Assembly: GCA_964016885.1 (NCBI GenBank)
Contig: OZ024743.1
Location: 116,994,001-117,058,000, forward strand
DNA length: 64,000 nt
DNA from: Eledone cirrhosa
Taxonomy: Eukaryota
Reading direction: 5' to 3'
The position numbers and the translations under genes were made by a program. The notes beneath the pieces are model-generated. The model worked only from the letters and a program-made list of their open reading frames with translations. It ran no database searches and had not been told where the DNA came from. Positions 46,683-62,088 of the stretch are shown one piece after another; position 1 is the stretch's first letter, and each line of letters starts with the position of its first letter.

Positions 46683-46784
<102 letters not shown>

Positions 46785-46982
46785 TCCAAATATTAATTTA
46801 ATAAAATTAAATTAAGGGAGTCATGTCTTTTTAAAAGGTATTATTTGAAGCTCTGGTTAAACTTTAATTAGTTATCTACCTAGCTATGTGTGATGACAGA
46901 CTTTACAAATTATCCTCTTTGATTGTTTCATGTGTTTATTTTAAATATATATATATGTCAATCAATTTCTAGTTGATACATA

Positions 46983-47129
<147 letters not shown>

Positions 47130-47253
47130 ATGTGTATGCGTGTATGTGTATGTGTACAAATATATGTTTTTATAATAACGTATTAATTAAAACATTCAAA
47201 CGAGAACTGAATGAACACTATATAAATGTTTGGTTTATATATATATATATTGA

Positions 47254-47410
47254 TATGCTTTGGAAGAGTCATGTTGCCAATAAGAAACACACGCACCAGT
47301 TGATTTCACTCCAATTTATTATAAATTAAATTTATAAATAAATTTATAATAAATTGGAGTGAAAGCAACTGGTGCGTGTGTTTCTTATTGGCAACATGAC
47401 CCTCCATGGC

Positions 47411-47412
<2 letters not shown>
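47254..47412. repeat. About 160-bp palindrome between TA tracts
   Basis: GTCATGTTGCCAATAAGAAACACACGCACCAGTTG and its reverse complement. Confidence 0.9.
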
Positions 47413-47473
<61 letters not shown>

Positions 47474-48030
47474 CCAACCTCCACACAGTGTCAACCTAAA
47501 TAATCTTAAATACATTTCTATTTTAGAAAAAAGTCGTCTAATGGTCAACTAAGTGGAACTGAACATGCAACTACGCATTCTGGTGCAAATAGCTTAGCAT
47601 CATTGCAACTCGTCCATCAATATACCTTTCATGTAAGCCTAAAGACAAAAATCGATGTGTTATGTCCTTTATCTATGCATTCTACATAATTCTGTACAGT
47701 CTGCAGCTGTGACCATATCAAGACCTTATAACTTACAGGATTGCAATCCATGTCATGTGTAAACATTATTTTGATGAATAATATTCCACTCTCTTGCTCT
47801 CTCTCTCTCCCTCTCTCTCTCTCTCTCCCTTTCTCCCTCTCTCTTTCTCTGTATATACTTTTTTCAGAATTCACACACACACATAAACACACGCACACAC
47901 TCACACACACGTATATATATATATATATATATTTATATATTTATAATTATATATATATATATATAATTATATCAAACGCATGTATTGAGTTAGAAACTCA
48001 AAATAGTCTCATTACAGTAAAATTAATGGT

Positions 48031-48089
48031 GGGAGGGACCGTACTGACGAAGGCCAGTTAAGCCTGAAATGCATAGACGGTTGTCTCCC
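48031..48089 (+). ncRNA. Very small hammerhead ribozyme
   Basis: GGGAG-gg-ACCGTA-CTGACGA-AGGC-cagttaa-GCCT-GAAA-TGCA-TA-GACGGT-tgt-CTCCC. Confidence 0.8.
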
Positions 48090-48184
48090 TTGCTTCTGCT
48101 GGACATCACCAGAGGGCGTTAGTCCCCCCCCCCCCCCCCCCGGTGTTTGCATAGCTAGGACTTCCTAACAATTCACCACTTAAA

Positions 48185-48232
<48 letters not shown>

Positions 48233-48239
48233 CAGCAGC

Positions 48240-48295
<56 letters not shown>

Positions 48296-48454
48296 CAGCA
48301 GCAGCAGCAGCAGCAGCAGAGCAGCAACAAAACAGCAGTAGAAGCAGCAGTGGTGTTGGTGTTAATAATACTAGTTGTAATAACAGCAGCTGTAGCCATA
48401 GTAGGAGTTATAGCAGTTTATGTTGTTATTGCTGTTGAGGACTGGGTGGCTTCT

Positions 48455-48660
48455 GATCACGAGTACCTATGATCAAAGGATTCCAGCTCTGAACATACTG
48501 TCTTGTGTTTCCTCAAGGGTAGTGTATCTAGGACTACATTAGTTAATATGCCCTAGCATTTTCCTGCAAGAGACTTTAGGATATGATTTAAGGGATATTT
48601 AGCTGCACCTCCTAGCAGGTACAGCGATGTCAAGGTGGCTTCCTTGTTAGCTCAACTAGA
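48455..48660 (+). repeat. Old interspersed repeat (homolog about 52700-52890)
   Basis: Shared CAAAGG(C)ATTCCA.C...GA and ATTT.GC..C.....AGCA.G segments. Confidence 0.5.
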
Positions 48661-48933
48661 GGCTGTTTAGTCTTGGTTCTGTTCTGAAATGAGTAATTTT
48701 CATATTAATTTTACTATACAAGTGTCTAAAAATTAATTATCCAACGTAGTCTTAGATACATTATGTTTTCCTCAAACATTAGGGTGAGCTTCAATGGTAT
48801 TTTAGCTAGTACTTCTATCATGTCAAACGAACGTGTAAATGCTAGGTAGTTGGTTTGTGTAAAGCCCAATCTTTAAGTAAGGCATAACCATTATGAATCC
48901 CATGAGCAACATTGTATACAAGTAATGAATAAG

Positions 48934-49070
<137 letters not shown>

Positions 49071-49084
49071 ATAAAGAAACAGCT

Positions 49085-49252
49085 TCTACAGGACTAGAAG
49101 GGTTTCAATCGGGAGAAATCATCAGGAAGCCTTGATGATTTCTCCAGAACGAAACAGTTCTCGTCCTGTAGATGTATAAGCCATATCTATATTAAATATT
49201 TATACCATGCTAAGTATTGAGTAACTTACTTACTGTGGTTACCCGGGATAAA

Positions 49253-49255
<3 letters not shown>
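49085..49255 (+). mobile_element. Family B fold-back element with partial hammerhead
   Basis: Palindrome 49085-49172; TTGATGA-TTTCTCCAGAAC-GAAAC-AGTTCTC-GTC; the other arm has CTGATGA. Confidence 0.65.
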
Positions 49256-49308
<53 letters not shown>

Positions 49309-49344
49309 ATCACACACACACACAATCATAACACACACACACAT

Positions 49345-49380
<36 letters not shown>

Positions 49381-49854
49381 GTATGTATATATATCTCTGT
49401 GTGTGCGTGTGTGTATATATATGTTTAGAACAGTTACAAGTTCAAAGTTTTACAATAGATTATTGATTAATTTAGAAAAACTAAATGTTATAAATCGGGT
49501 GAAATCTTCGCTTTATTCTCTTTAAACAATATTTATATATATATATGAATTACGAGTAGTGGTAACAATATGAGTACTCGATGCACAAGCAGTGTGTATA
49601 TATATATTAATAAAAGCGATCACATATCGTTTACATGTATTTAAATATATATTGTATATAATCGCTTCACAAAGGATTGGCTGAAGGTCACCAATAGAAG
49701 GAATCACTTCCACACCTCTCTATAGGTGGCCATGACACAATGCTGGATATAAATATGTATGTATATCTATAGATATAGATGTATGAATATAAATTGATAT
49801 ATGTATATATGTATGTTTGTGTGTGTGGATATATGTATATAAATATAAATATAT

Positions 49855-50056
49855 AACGAAGGAGGTGTGGTAAGGAACCAGATGGACAATAACGCACCAG
49901 AGTACTCAATATTTAGGGTAGTAGAGTGGGTAATAGGGGAATGTTTGACCCCGACGGCAGAGCTCAAGCCGTTTCGTCGGCTATTTCTGAACTCTCGGTC
50001 CAGAAATAGCCGTCAGAACGGCTTGAGCTCTGCCGTCAAGGTCAAACATTCTCCTA
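49855..50056 (-). mobile_element. Family C fold-back copy
   Basis: Palindrome about 49933-50056 plus tail. Confidence 0.85.
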
Positions 50057-50075
50057 AATATATATATACGTATAT

Positions 50076-50104
<29 letters not shown>

Positions 50105-50106
<2 letters not shown>

Positions 50107-50377
50107 TTAGGTTTGTTGGTTCACCACTGGATAGAACTGGTCATTCCGTATGGTCAACCTCGATGTAATATTAGGGAGAGCATTCGACGTAATGCAACTC
50201 ACCCGTCTTCATTTGTGTTGTTGGTGGTGCGAGTACGGAGTTAATTATTATAAAATAACAGGAGTCTGGAATGGTGTAATTCCTTAAAAGTTTTATTATA
50301 CCGGTCACTGGAATGATCATAGTATAATAAACCTTTTAAGGAATTACACCAATCCAGCCTCCAGTTATTTTATAATA
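50105..50377 (-). mobile_element. Palindrome (50247-50377) plus tail
   Basis: Inverted arms GGTGTAATTCCTTAAAA and TTTTAAGGAATTACACC; TA-flanked. Confidence 0.7.
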
Positions 50378-50613
50378 TATATATATATATATAAAGGATA
50401 ACAAAATATTTTTATAGGTAATCCAATTAGAGGTTGTGAATACTCCTTGTTTTGGATAGTTTTAGCGTACGGCGTTGCTTGACTCAACAAGAGGTTTACG
50501 TTGATGTTGAGTTTATGATTTCACTTGTATTCCTATGTAACTTTATCTTGGAGTAATACAATTGAAAAAGTGGAGAATAACATGTTCAACAGTACAAAAA
50601 GGGGATTTATTTG

Positions 50614-50723
50614 CAATCTAACAATTGTTTCACTGATAGCGTTGTCTAAAAGTTGCCGAACACTAAAAGCAGTGCCACTCAATTTTAAATACGATGTTAA
50701 CTCTATTAGATCTTCGGAAATTG
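50614..50723 (-). ncRNA. Hammerhead ribozyme, CCGAAGA variant, long stem II (family I)
   Basis: CAATTT-CCGAAGA-TCTAATAG...CTATCAGT-GAAA-C-AATT-G-TT-AGATTG. Confidence 0.6.
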
Positions 50724-51357
50724 TTAAAAAAATATATATCTAACCGGCAAATTTACAAATTCAAATTACATCATCAATAATAATTGTTTCTACTTTAGGC
50801 ACAAGGCCAGGAGATAGATACGGTAAAGAAAGAAAGGAAATGAAGCAGAAAGAAGAAGAAGGAAAAAGAAAAAGAAAAAGAAAAAGAAAAAGAAAAAGAA
50901 AAAGAAAAAGAAAAAGAGAAATAAGAAGAAAAGGAGAAATTATTATAGATAGAAATATAAAGAGAGGAAATATAAAGAGAGGAAGATGATGGTAGATAGA
51001 GGAGAGACAAACATAAGTAAAAATAACGTAGGATGGAAAGAAGAATAGAAGGACAAATAAATGAATAAACGTTAATACATGAATAAATGTAAATAAAAAT
51101 AAAAATAGATATATTAAAAATATATGAAAGAATATATAAAAAAATATATAAAAATTGATTAATAAATTAATAAATAAATAAATAAATAAATAAGTTATAT
51201 CTAATGTGATATAAAATGGTATAAAATGTGAAAAATGAAGAATAAAAATAAATACTTAAAAGGAGTAAAAAGAGTAAAAATGTGCGAAGAATATTTAAAC
51301 ATATTAAAATTATTGAGAATGGTTTTTGAGAATTGTTGAAATATATGGAGAGATAAT

Positions 51358-51440
51358 TGTTTCTACTTTAGGCACAAGGCCAGCAATCACCCAGTCCATT
51401 ACTGGTACTTTATTTTATCGACCCCGTAAGGATGAAAGGC
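51358..51440 (-). mobile_element. 5'-truncated SINE with 19-bp TSD
   Basis: AAATATATGGAGAGATAAT at 51339-51357 and 51441-51459. Confidence 0.9.
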
Positions 51441-51670
51441 AAATATATGGAGAGATAATGAAGTGAAAATATGATAATGTTAAATATATTTATGTGTGTA
51501 TTGTTTATTTTAATAAATAAATAAATTAATTAGTTTTAAGTTATATTATATGATAAAATAAAATGACAGAGATGAAATAAATTTAGGGAGAGAAATATAA
51601 AGATAAAGATTGAAAAATAGTGATATATAAAATAAGAATGTAAATATAAGAGGTTTTGATGTTGTTCTTT

Positions 51671-52631
51671 GATAGATGATGACAACTATAATTATAATTA
51701 TAATGATGATGATGTTGATAATGTGATATCATAATAGATCCAAGTGGTACAATCTGGATTATGGAATAGATAAGATGGAATTAAGCTGGTCTAAAGTTCT
51801 CAAATTTAATCGCCGAGTTATGTCGACAAAAAATATTTTTTTCAATTTTACTGTTAAGAAGAATTTTGTTGTAATTTAAGATTTGGAAAAGTTCCATATT
51901 ACAGAGACCACAGTAGGACATACCAATTTGATAGGCCTTTGCTTTTGATAGCTTTGCCCAGCTGATTTTATATTTCATGTTTGCATCTTTGAGTTGCCAG
52001 ATTTTATTGGCGAGAGTCGTTGTCTTTGAGAGATTCCTATTAGGCATAGAGTGTGTATGTACGTACCACCTTTTCTTAAACTCCCCAGCTGTGGAGCCAA
52101 TGTAATGCCATGCTAAGCTACCTGAATTTATAGTGCATAGGTATACTATATTTGTCTCTGGGCATCTATTTTGTAAAGGGCATTTGTCAGGTAGATGGCA
52201 GTTACATTTAGATGCTCTTCTATGCGCCGGTTCTTCTATATGGTTTTGTAGGTTGCTATGTATGGGCTGAGAATTGGGTTTGTTGTGTATTGTGGTGATG
52301 TATTCTGGCGTGTGTTTGGTTGTGATGATGTTATATGCTTATGTTTTGTATTAGGTGCTATGGTACTTATTTGTGGGGGGACTTGTATTATAAATTCTTT
52401 TATAGTTAATTTTATAGTTAATTTTACGATTCTATGTTGTTGGCAGTGGAGTATGATAGTCTGATAGTTTTTCTATTAAAGATTTTATGATATTTATGAA
52501 TTTTAGGGAAATGTTTGTCCACTAATATGAAGAAAGTACCAGATTGTTCCACTTGGATCTATTATGATATCACATTATCAACATCATCATCATTATAATT
52601 ATAATTATAATTATAATTGTCATCATCTATC
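51671..52631 (-). mobile_element. 5'-truncated PLE with inverted 3'-UTR copy
   Basis: 51671-51757 is inverted at 52539-52631, enclosing the coding fragment. Confidence 0.85.
51781..52538 (-). pseudogene. PLE linker plus GIY-YIG endonuclease
   Basis: DKHFPKIHKYHKIFNRKTIRLSYS; CNCHLPDKCPLQNRC..NIVY...HYIGST.GEFKKRW..H; LANKIWQLK...CGLCNME...LN...FCRH. Confidence 0.9.
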
Positions 52632-53665
52632 GGTTTGACCAGGGATGATCTAGGGTTAAAAAGCACAACGTTTTCATTAATCTCTCTATATTATTCTGTA
52701 TCAATCTCGGATCAGTCTTGATCAAACAGATCTCTGAGCAAAGGCATTCCAACCTTGACAATTTCATCTTTGCATTTATGGCAAGGAAACCATAATGACA
52801 TTATCCAAAATGTAATTTTCTAAGACAGTATGGTTTGTTTTGGGTGAGATTTGGCCACTATTACAAGCAAGCAGGACAGGAGTAGCTTTAAGGGACTGAT
52901 GAATATTTCATTGGTTGACACTCCCGATTCGATATCGCACAGCGAACGGTCTACAGAAATAGATAGTGTGGAAGATTTACCCTTTTATGTCGGAGACAGG
53001 ATTAACGTTTGTTATATATAAAACAGAAAGCCTTTATATCTTTCTTTTACACAATATCTTTACTTCAGTCTCAAGACTAGAGTAGATTAATCATACCACC
53101 AGATTATTATAAACAGCAATTTAATCTACTCTATTGAAAGGTGTAGAAACTACGGTTAATTGAGGGGTAGATAGAGTATGAAATGTAGTTTCGATTTCGT
53201 TTTAGATCCACTTTAATCAAATTCCATCGACAATATACTGAGGCTGCAAATGAAAGAGAGAGGCAGAATCTGGAAAGAAAATCAAAACGTGGATAGTTAT
53301 AGTTCAAAAGCTTTAAAAATAGATTTGCTTGATCAAGGGTATACTGGGATTAAACAAAAGAAAAACAGGTAGAAACGATAATCACGTCTATGACACTGGA
53401 AATGATGTGTACGTTCACAGATTATCGTTCACAAAATAACAAAGAATTCATGTTAAATAAAGAAAACGGTACATGATAAAAGGAGTCAAATATGTGTTAC
53501 TTGAAGTCAGAATGTGATGATAACAAGAGTTACGTCGTAATGAGTAACGACATTTTGGCTATATGATGGAGAGTTTTTTCAGATTAATAAACATTACGAA
53601 TTGGAAATACATACATTCGAATTTATATATGTGCGTACATACAAGAGGAATTTTACAATTTTCAC

Positions 53666-53696
<31 letters not shown>

Positions 53697-53767
53697 AACA
53701 CACACACACACACACACACTCACACACACACACATATAGTATATATATATATGTGTGTGCAGGTTGC

Positions 53768-53838
<71 letters not shown>

Positions 53839-54034
53839 ATATTATACAATGATATTAAAGAGAAGAAAAGTCAGATATTTCAAATTGTTAAGATCAGTAT
53901 GCAAATGAGTATGTAAATGAGATAAAGGGCTGAAAAACGTTATTTTTCTTCTCTTATCCCTTTACTATCAAAGGAAAACTTGAACCGTTAAGGTATTTTC
54001 CTTCGTCATGTCAAAATTTATGAAACACACTTCG

Positions 54035-54095
54035 TATTTTATCTGATGCTAGCGTACCAAAGTTTGGGTACCCTTGAAATATATATAATAGAATA
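54035..54095 (+). ncRNA. Family A hammerhead with A9C change (element about 53832-54233)
   Basis: TATTTTAT-CTGATGC-TAGCGTACC...GGTACCCTT-GAAA-TATATATA-ATAGAATA. Confidence 0.6.
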
Positions 54096-54248
54096 AATAT
54101 GGTTTTATAAATATAGTTTCCATTTATTTAATATCATTGTATATTATACTCCAGAAAATCTGTCGAGTGCTCTGAATCAGTTCTATACACTTATATTTGT
54201 TGAATTACCACCAAATTGAATATCCCTTCTGCTTATATATACATACAT

Positions 54249-54305
<57 letters not shown>

Positions 54306-54326
54306 CCTGCATACACATATATATAC

Positions 54327-54361
<35 letters not shown>

Positions 54362-54597
54362 TGCAGGTTGACATATATATATAGAGAGAGAAGAAAAGTC
54401 AGATATTTCAAATTGCTAAGATCAGTATACAAATGAGTATGCAAATGAGGTAAAGGGCTGAAAAACGTTATTTTTCTTCCCTTATCCCTTTATTATCCAA
54501 GGAAAATTGAACCGTTATGGTATTTTCCTTCGTTATGTCATCATTTATAAAACACACTCCATATTTTATCTGATGCTATATATATATATATAAATAT

Positions 54598-54631
<34 letters not shown>

Positions 54632-54715
54632 CCCCACTATCCGGGAGCTTCCAACAGAAATGGTCGCATTCTTTAAGTGTATGTCAATATTTATTTATAA
54701 AACTGATCTATATTA

Positions 54716-54780
54716 TATTTTATCTGATGAAAGCACACCGTAATTTAACTTGGTGTTCTTGAAATATGTATAATGAAATA
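54716..54780 (+). ncRNA. Minimal type I hammerhead ribozyme (family A)
   Basis: TATTTTAT-CTGATGA-AAGCACACC...GGTGTTCTT-GAAA-T-ATGT-A-TA-ATGAAATA; stem II covaries with the 28763 copy. Confidence 0.85.
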
Positions 54781-55224
54781 AATATGGTTTTATAAATATA
54801 GATTCCATTTCTTAATATATCGTATATATATATGTTTATATATATATATATATGTTTATATATATATATATATGTTTATATATATATATGTTTATATATA
54901 TGTTTATATATACGAACCGGTTGCTAATTTGGGCATGAGTCGGGCAGTTATGGAGGGTGAAGATCAAATTCGATTATGCTGACCCCAGTAACTTACTGAT
55001 AATTTCATTCGTAGACCTCTGAATGATATAAGGTACGGTGAAATTTGTGATTAACCAAACTCATACTGATAGCCATCTGTTCGAGTCTCTAATGACTCCC
55101 TCCAAAAAATCAACATACATATATATATTAAATCGTTATGACCATAGAAAGGTATCTATCTAGGAATCAATCTAGGAAACCATCGATCCTAATTCAAGTT
55201 GCCATATATTCTTTTGGATGTACA

Positions 55225-55264
<40 letters not shown>

Positions 55265-55265
<1 letters not shown>

Positions 55266-55273
55266 TTAGGGTA

Positions 55274-55305
<32 letters not shown>

Positions 55306-55494
55306 CTTAGGGTAAACATTAATGCAATTCAATTCAAGCACTCAACGTACTTTTTCCACATAGGAGTGACGGAGTAAATATCGAATAAGGAAAAGCGAAG
55401 TAGTTTCAGATGTTCAAGTCTTTTAATAATAATAATAATAATTATTATTATTATTATTAAAAGACTTGAACATCTGAAACTACTTCCTTATTCT
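55265..55494 (-). mobile_element. Palindrome (55383-55494) plus tail
   Basis: Centre (AAT)n/(ATT)n; bulged hairpin at 55340-55375; related to 18700-18906. Confidence 0.7.
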
Positions 55495-55499
55495 ATATT

Positions 55500-55632
<133 letters not shown>

Positions 55633-55657
55633 GGCACACACACACATATATATATAA

Positions 55658-55719
<62 letters not shown>

Positions 55720-55773
55720 ATGTGTGTGCATGTGTGTGTGCGTGTATGTGTGTGTATATATATTAAATATACA

Positions 55774-55840
<67 letters not shown>

Positions 55841-55990
55841 ATATATATGTATATATACATACTTATAATATATATGCATATGCGTGTTTAGATAAGCACA
55901 GACAAATATAACTATTTACATAAAAAAGTTTGTGCAGCAAGGGAGCCGAAGTATGTTTGTCTGTGTGCGTATGCATATATATGTATATAC

Positions 55991-56023
<33 letters not shown>

Positions 56024-56493
56024 AACAAATATATATATATATATATGTGTGTTTGTGTGTGTATCTGTGTGTGTGTTGCACATTACAACATTCAATAGAA
56101 GTATTAAGTTAACTTTAAGTTTAGTATAAAATACGGTGTGAAGATGGAATTAATAGAAAAACCTTTCGGTGATTTTCTTTGTACTAAATAAATAACCCCA
56201 TAAAATATGTCTATGTTTCACGGCTAATTGAAACAATTAATCGTCTCTCCACAATGGGAGATAAAATCATATAAGACATATCAAGAAATACACATATATA
56301 CACATGCACGTATTAATACATAGACAGCCACCCATCAAACGTTTATATGTTTGTATTATTTTACTGTTTACTCAGTAACAGTAATACAGGACGCCGCACA
56401 CTGGTGCATGAAAGGTATTAAGGCATACATAAGTAAATGAGCGGAATTCGCTAAAGCCATGCAAAAGTAGTTGTGTTAAAGTACATGCATATA

Positions 56494-56594
<101 letters not shown>

Positions 56595-56759
56595 ATGTCT
56601 GCACGTGTGCGTTTGTGCGTGCATGCGCGCGCGCATCGTGTGTGTGTCAATATATACCATCCAATATTACATATGCATTGATATATATATATATATAGAT
56701 AGAGAAAAATATATATGCGGATATACATGTACATAAATATAAATATTAATATGTTGATG

Positions 56760-56898
<139 letters not shown>

Positions 56899-57119
56899 AA
56901 TATGGGTATTTATATATATATATATATATATAACTATATGTATATATATATATAAAATATATATATATAATTGGAAAAGAATGAAGCAAAATTTCATTTA
57001 TTAAAAGGTAAACAGAAATAACAACACAATCGGTACGGTATGTGGAATGGATATATTAGGTTAACGATTGATAGAGCAGGAAGAGGGTCTTAATATATAT
57101 ATATAATATATGTATATAT

Positions 57120-57303
57120 GCGGTGAATTGGCAGTATCGGTAGAGGGTCGGACATGCTTTCCATCATAGTTAAGTTCCTACACGATCTGAGATAAAATCC
57201 GGACGAGGTTAACTTTGCCTTTCATCCTTACGGGGTTGATAAAATAAAGTATCAGTAATGTACTGTGTGATTGATGTCCTTGTGCCTAAAATAGAAAGAA
57301 TTA
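57120..57303 (+). mobile_element. SINE inside an inverted repeat
   Basis: Family motifs; flanking arms about 57009-57090 and 57352-57435. Confidence 0.85.
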
Positions 57304-57442
57304 TATGTATATATACATACTTATATTTATATATATATATACATATAATATTGATGCCCTCTTCCTGCGATATCAAGCGTTAACCTAATATATCCCTTCC
57401 ATATATTGTACCGACTGTGACGTTATTACTGTTTAACGTTTT

Positions 57443-57495
<53 letters not shown>

Positions 57496-57520
57496 TTACA
57501 TATATTTATAAATATATATG

Positions 57521-57588
<68 letters not shown>

Positions 57589-57657
57589 CATATATATTTA
57601 AAATATATGTAAGTATATATATATATATAAGTATATATATGTATACATATATATGTA

Positions 57658-57688
<31 letters not shown>

Positions 57689-57781
57689 ACATATATATAT
57701 GTATATATGTATACATATATATGTATATATATATGTGTGTATATATGTATACATATATATGTATATATATTTATATATATA

Positions 57782-57849
<68 letters not shown>

Positions 57850-57867
57850 TATACATATATATATATA

Positions 57868-57977
57868 TAAGTATATATAAGTATAAAAAGATAAGTATAT
57901 ATATATGTATATATATATGTATATATATTTATACATATATATATATATACATATATGTCCCTCTTAAAATATATATG

Positions 57978-58019
<42 letters not shown>

Positions 58020-58369
58020 AGATAGATATATAGGTATATATATATGTATATATATATATATGTGTGTGTATATATATCCATGTGTGTATATATATCCATG
58101 TGTGTGCATATATATACATTTTATGTATTCATATATATGTATATATATATATATATATATCATGTATTTCTCTCTCTCTCTATATATATATATATACAGA
58201 TATATATACATATATATATATATATGTGTGTGTGTGTGTATATATGTATATATATATATAAGTATATATAAGTATAAAAAGATAAGTATTTATATATGTA
58301 TATATATATGTATATATATTTATACATATATATATACATATATGTCCCTCTTAAAATATATATGATATA

Positions 58370-58402
<33 letters not shown>

Positions 58403-58490
58403 AGATAGATATATAGGTATATATATATGTATATATATATATGTGTGTGTATATATATATATGTCTGTGCATATATATACATTTTATGTA

Positions 58491-58537
<47 letters not shown>

Positions 58538-58615
58538 TGTATTTCTCTCTCTCTATATATATATATATATACAGATATATATACATATATATATATATAT
58601 GTGTGTGTGTGTGTA

Positions 58616-58620
<5 letters not shown>
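57868..58620. repeat. Tandem duplication of an about 390-bp microsatellite-rich unit
   Basis: GTATAAAAAGATAAGTA, ATGTCCCTCTTAAAAT and ATCATGTATTTCTCTC each occur twice in order. Confidence 0.85.
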
Positions 58621-58700
<80 letters not shown>

Positions 58701-58842
58701 ATATATATATATGTATATAGATACATATATATAAGTATAAATACATATATATACACACATATATATACACATATATATATCCATATACATATATTATTCA
58801 AAATATTAATAAATAGATACATTCACATAATCAAAATATATG

Positions 58843-58904
58843 TTTTATTATATATATTTCGGAGGTACTGTGTTTTTTTTTCCGTACGTCCTCATCAGAT
58901 AATA
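58843..58904 (-). ncRNA. Minimal type I hammerhead ribozyme
   Basis: TATTAT-CTGATGA-GGACGTAC...GTACCTCC-GAAA-T-ATAT-A-TA-ATAAAA; related to 26341-26393. Confidence 0.8.
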
Positions 58905-58941
58905 TACATAAATTGATGTATGACATACGTCAACTCTAATA

Positions 58942-59141
<200 letters not shown>

Positions 59142-59482
59142 TATTTAAAATATATACCAGAAAATATTATTGTAATACGCATTATTGTAACAAATAAACA
59201 GTAGTTCTTGTGTAATTATGTGTTCATAGATAGCTAAATAGTTTGATTGATTAATCTTTGATGAAGATTAATCGTACATGAAATGTTATACATACATCTT
59301 TATATGAATACACACATATATTATGTATAATATATGTTTAGAAGCTATATATATGTAAAGTATATTTGCACATATATATGTATATATATATGTATATATA
59401 TATATATATATCATTTATATATGCATATATATATATACTTACATGCATATATATACATATTACATGCATATATATACATACT

Positions 59483-59522
<40 letters not shown>

Positions 59523-59754
59523 TATATATATATATTTATGTATACTCTTGGTGAAATCGGACAAAACCAACAACCTATATTATATTTATGTATATATATT
59601 TATATATGTATAATTATATATATACATGTATTTATAAATATATGCATATATATAGATATTTATATGTTTATATATGCATATATATATATATACACATATA
59701 TATATATACATACATATGTATATACATATGATTATATATATATATATATATTTG

Positions 59755-59837
<83 letters not shown>

Positions 59838-59934
59838 TTATATTTATCTATGTACATATATGCATGTATATATATAATTATGAAACACTTGTATTATGCA
59901 CTTCAATCTATATAGCTATCAATATGTTCATCTC

Positions 59935-60050
<116 letters not shown>

Positions 60051-60056
60051 TATATT

Positions 60057-60112
<56 letters not shown>

Positions 60113-60140
60113 TATAGATATAAATATACATATATTTATT

Positions 60141-60172
<32 letters not shown>

Positions 60173-60327
60173 CATATATTTATATATACATATATATTAT
60201 ATGTACAGAATTGATGAACATATAGATAGCTATATAGATACCAGACCATAATAGAAGTTTTAAATACTTAAATATATATATATATATATATAAATATATC
60301 GTTTCTGAATTTGTTTAGCAAGATTCT

Positions 60328-60396
<69 letters not shown>

Positions 60397-61055
60397 CATA
60401 TATGTTATATATATATATATATTTAAGTATTAAAGTATCTGTAATAATATTTTATCGTGTTACACGTATCACATATTTGCATGAAAATCTATCTATTCTG
60501 ATTATCTTAAATCCAAATACAATCAATATCGACTTGTTTTGAATGATAGCAAGTCATATCTAACCAATGATAGCAAGTCATATCTAACCAAATACTTAGA
60601 ATTAATTCTGTCTTCTAGTGGGATACTCATTCTTTTTGCGGTTATATATACATTATATATCAGCAGCGTTTAACAATATCCATTTTTCTCTCTTTTTTTC
60701 TATAAATATATATATATAAACATTCGGGATTCAGAGTTCGGATTCTAGTTGCCGAAACGGCCGGAAATCAGCCGTCGCGGTCTTGATTCTTTTCATATTA
60801 CCAACTCTACTACCCCAGGTATCGAGTACTCTGGTGCATTATGGTCCACCTGGTATCTTACCACACCCTCTTTGTTTTATCTATCTATCTATATCTATAT
60901 ATATGTGTGTGTGTTTGTGTGTGTATGTGTGTGTGTCTGTGTTTACATATATATATGAGGACAGATTTGAAGAAAAAGAGTGAGAAGAAGTACACAGTTA
61001 TATGTCGTTACGCCGATGCCCTGAAATTGTACATTCATATATATGTACACTTAAA

Positions 61056-61127
<72 letters not shown>

Positions 61128-61269
61128 GTTACTTCTTACTTCTACCTGGAGTTGCGACCGATAGATAGTATTAGCAATTGGAAAGACCAACGGAAACATT
61201 GTTCCCTCGGTCCGATTGAACGAAAGTCGATCGTTCCTTTATATATATATATATATATATTCGAATTTG

Positions 61270-61700
61270 TGTTATTGCGTAAAGCTAACGAACTGGCCAC
61301 CTCGAGATCTGTGAGAGATTATCCGTTTTACCATATTTTTGTCACAAATGTTCAGACGATTAGTCAGAGATTTCTGGATATGTCTGTGAGTTACTCTATT
61401 CACATTAACATAATTTTTTTTTTTTTTAGATTGCTTTCTAAGTTGACATTGTCGGTAACAGTACTCTCCTTGATGTGGGAACTGCTCCGTTATAGGTCTC
61501 TCCTGGACCTTATAAAAAGTGTCAAGTATATTCTAGCTCTTAAGAGAAGGGTTGATATACAGTCCTAGATATGGTAAGTATATGTGTGCTCCAGGAAAGA
61601 TAATCTGTGATTGTTAGACCGAGCATTTGAAATGGTTTTGAGGTGTCTATTCACTTACTCTTCATTCGTATGGTGTATGAAATGCTATGGTATGTGTGAA
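61270..61700 (-). mobile_element. CR1/L2-group LINE RT C-terminal fragment, decayed
   Basis: Minus-strand MLGLTITDYLSWSTHILTISR...LLRARIYL, followed by a degenerate RP..E..SH motif. Confidence 0.6.
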
Positions 61701-61994
61701 TGTGTCTGGCTGTGTTAAGGTATATGCAGTATTGAAAATATTAATATTCTTATTAATAAACATTTGTTATATAAATCACAAAATTGTATGGCAACTATGT
61801 TAACATTTATGTATTTTCACAAATTCAAACACAATATCTATAGACATGTCATAAATATATAGCAATATCCAATTGACATAAATATATAGAAATATGTGTG
61901 TGTGTGTGTGTGAGAGAGAAAGAGAGAGAGAGAGAGTGTGTGTGTGAGTGAGAGAGAGAGAGAGAGTGTGTGTGTGAGTGAGAGAGAGAGAGAG

Positions 61995-62088
<94 letters not shown>

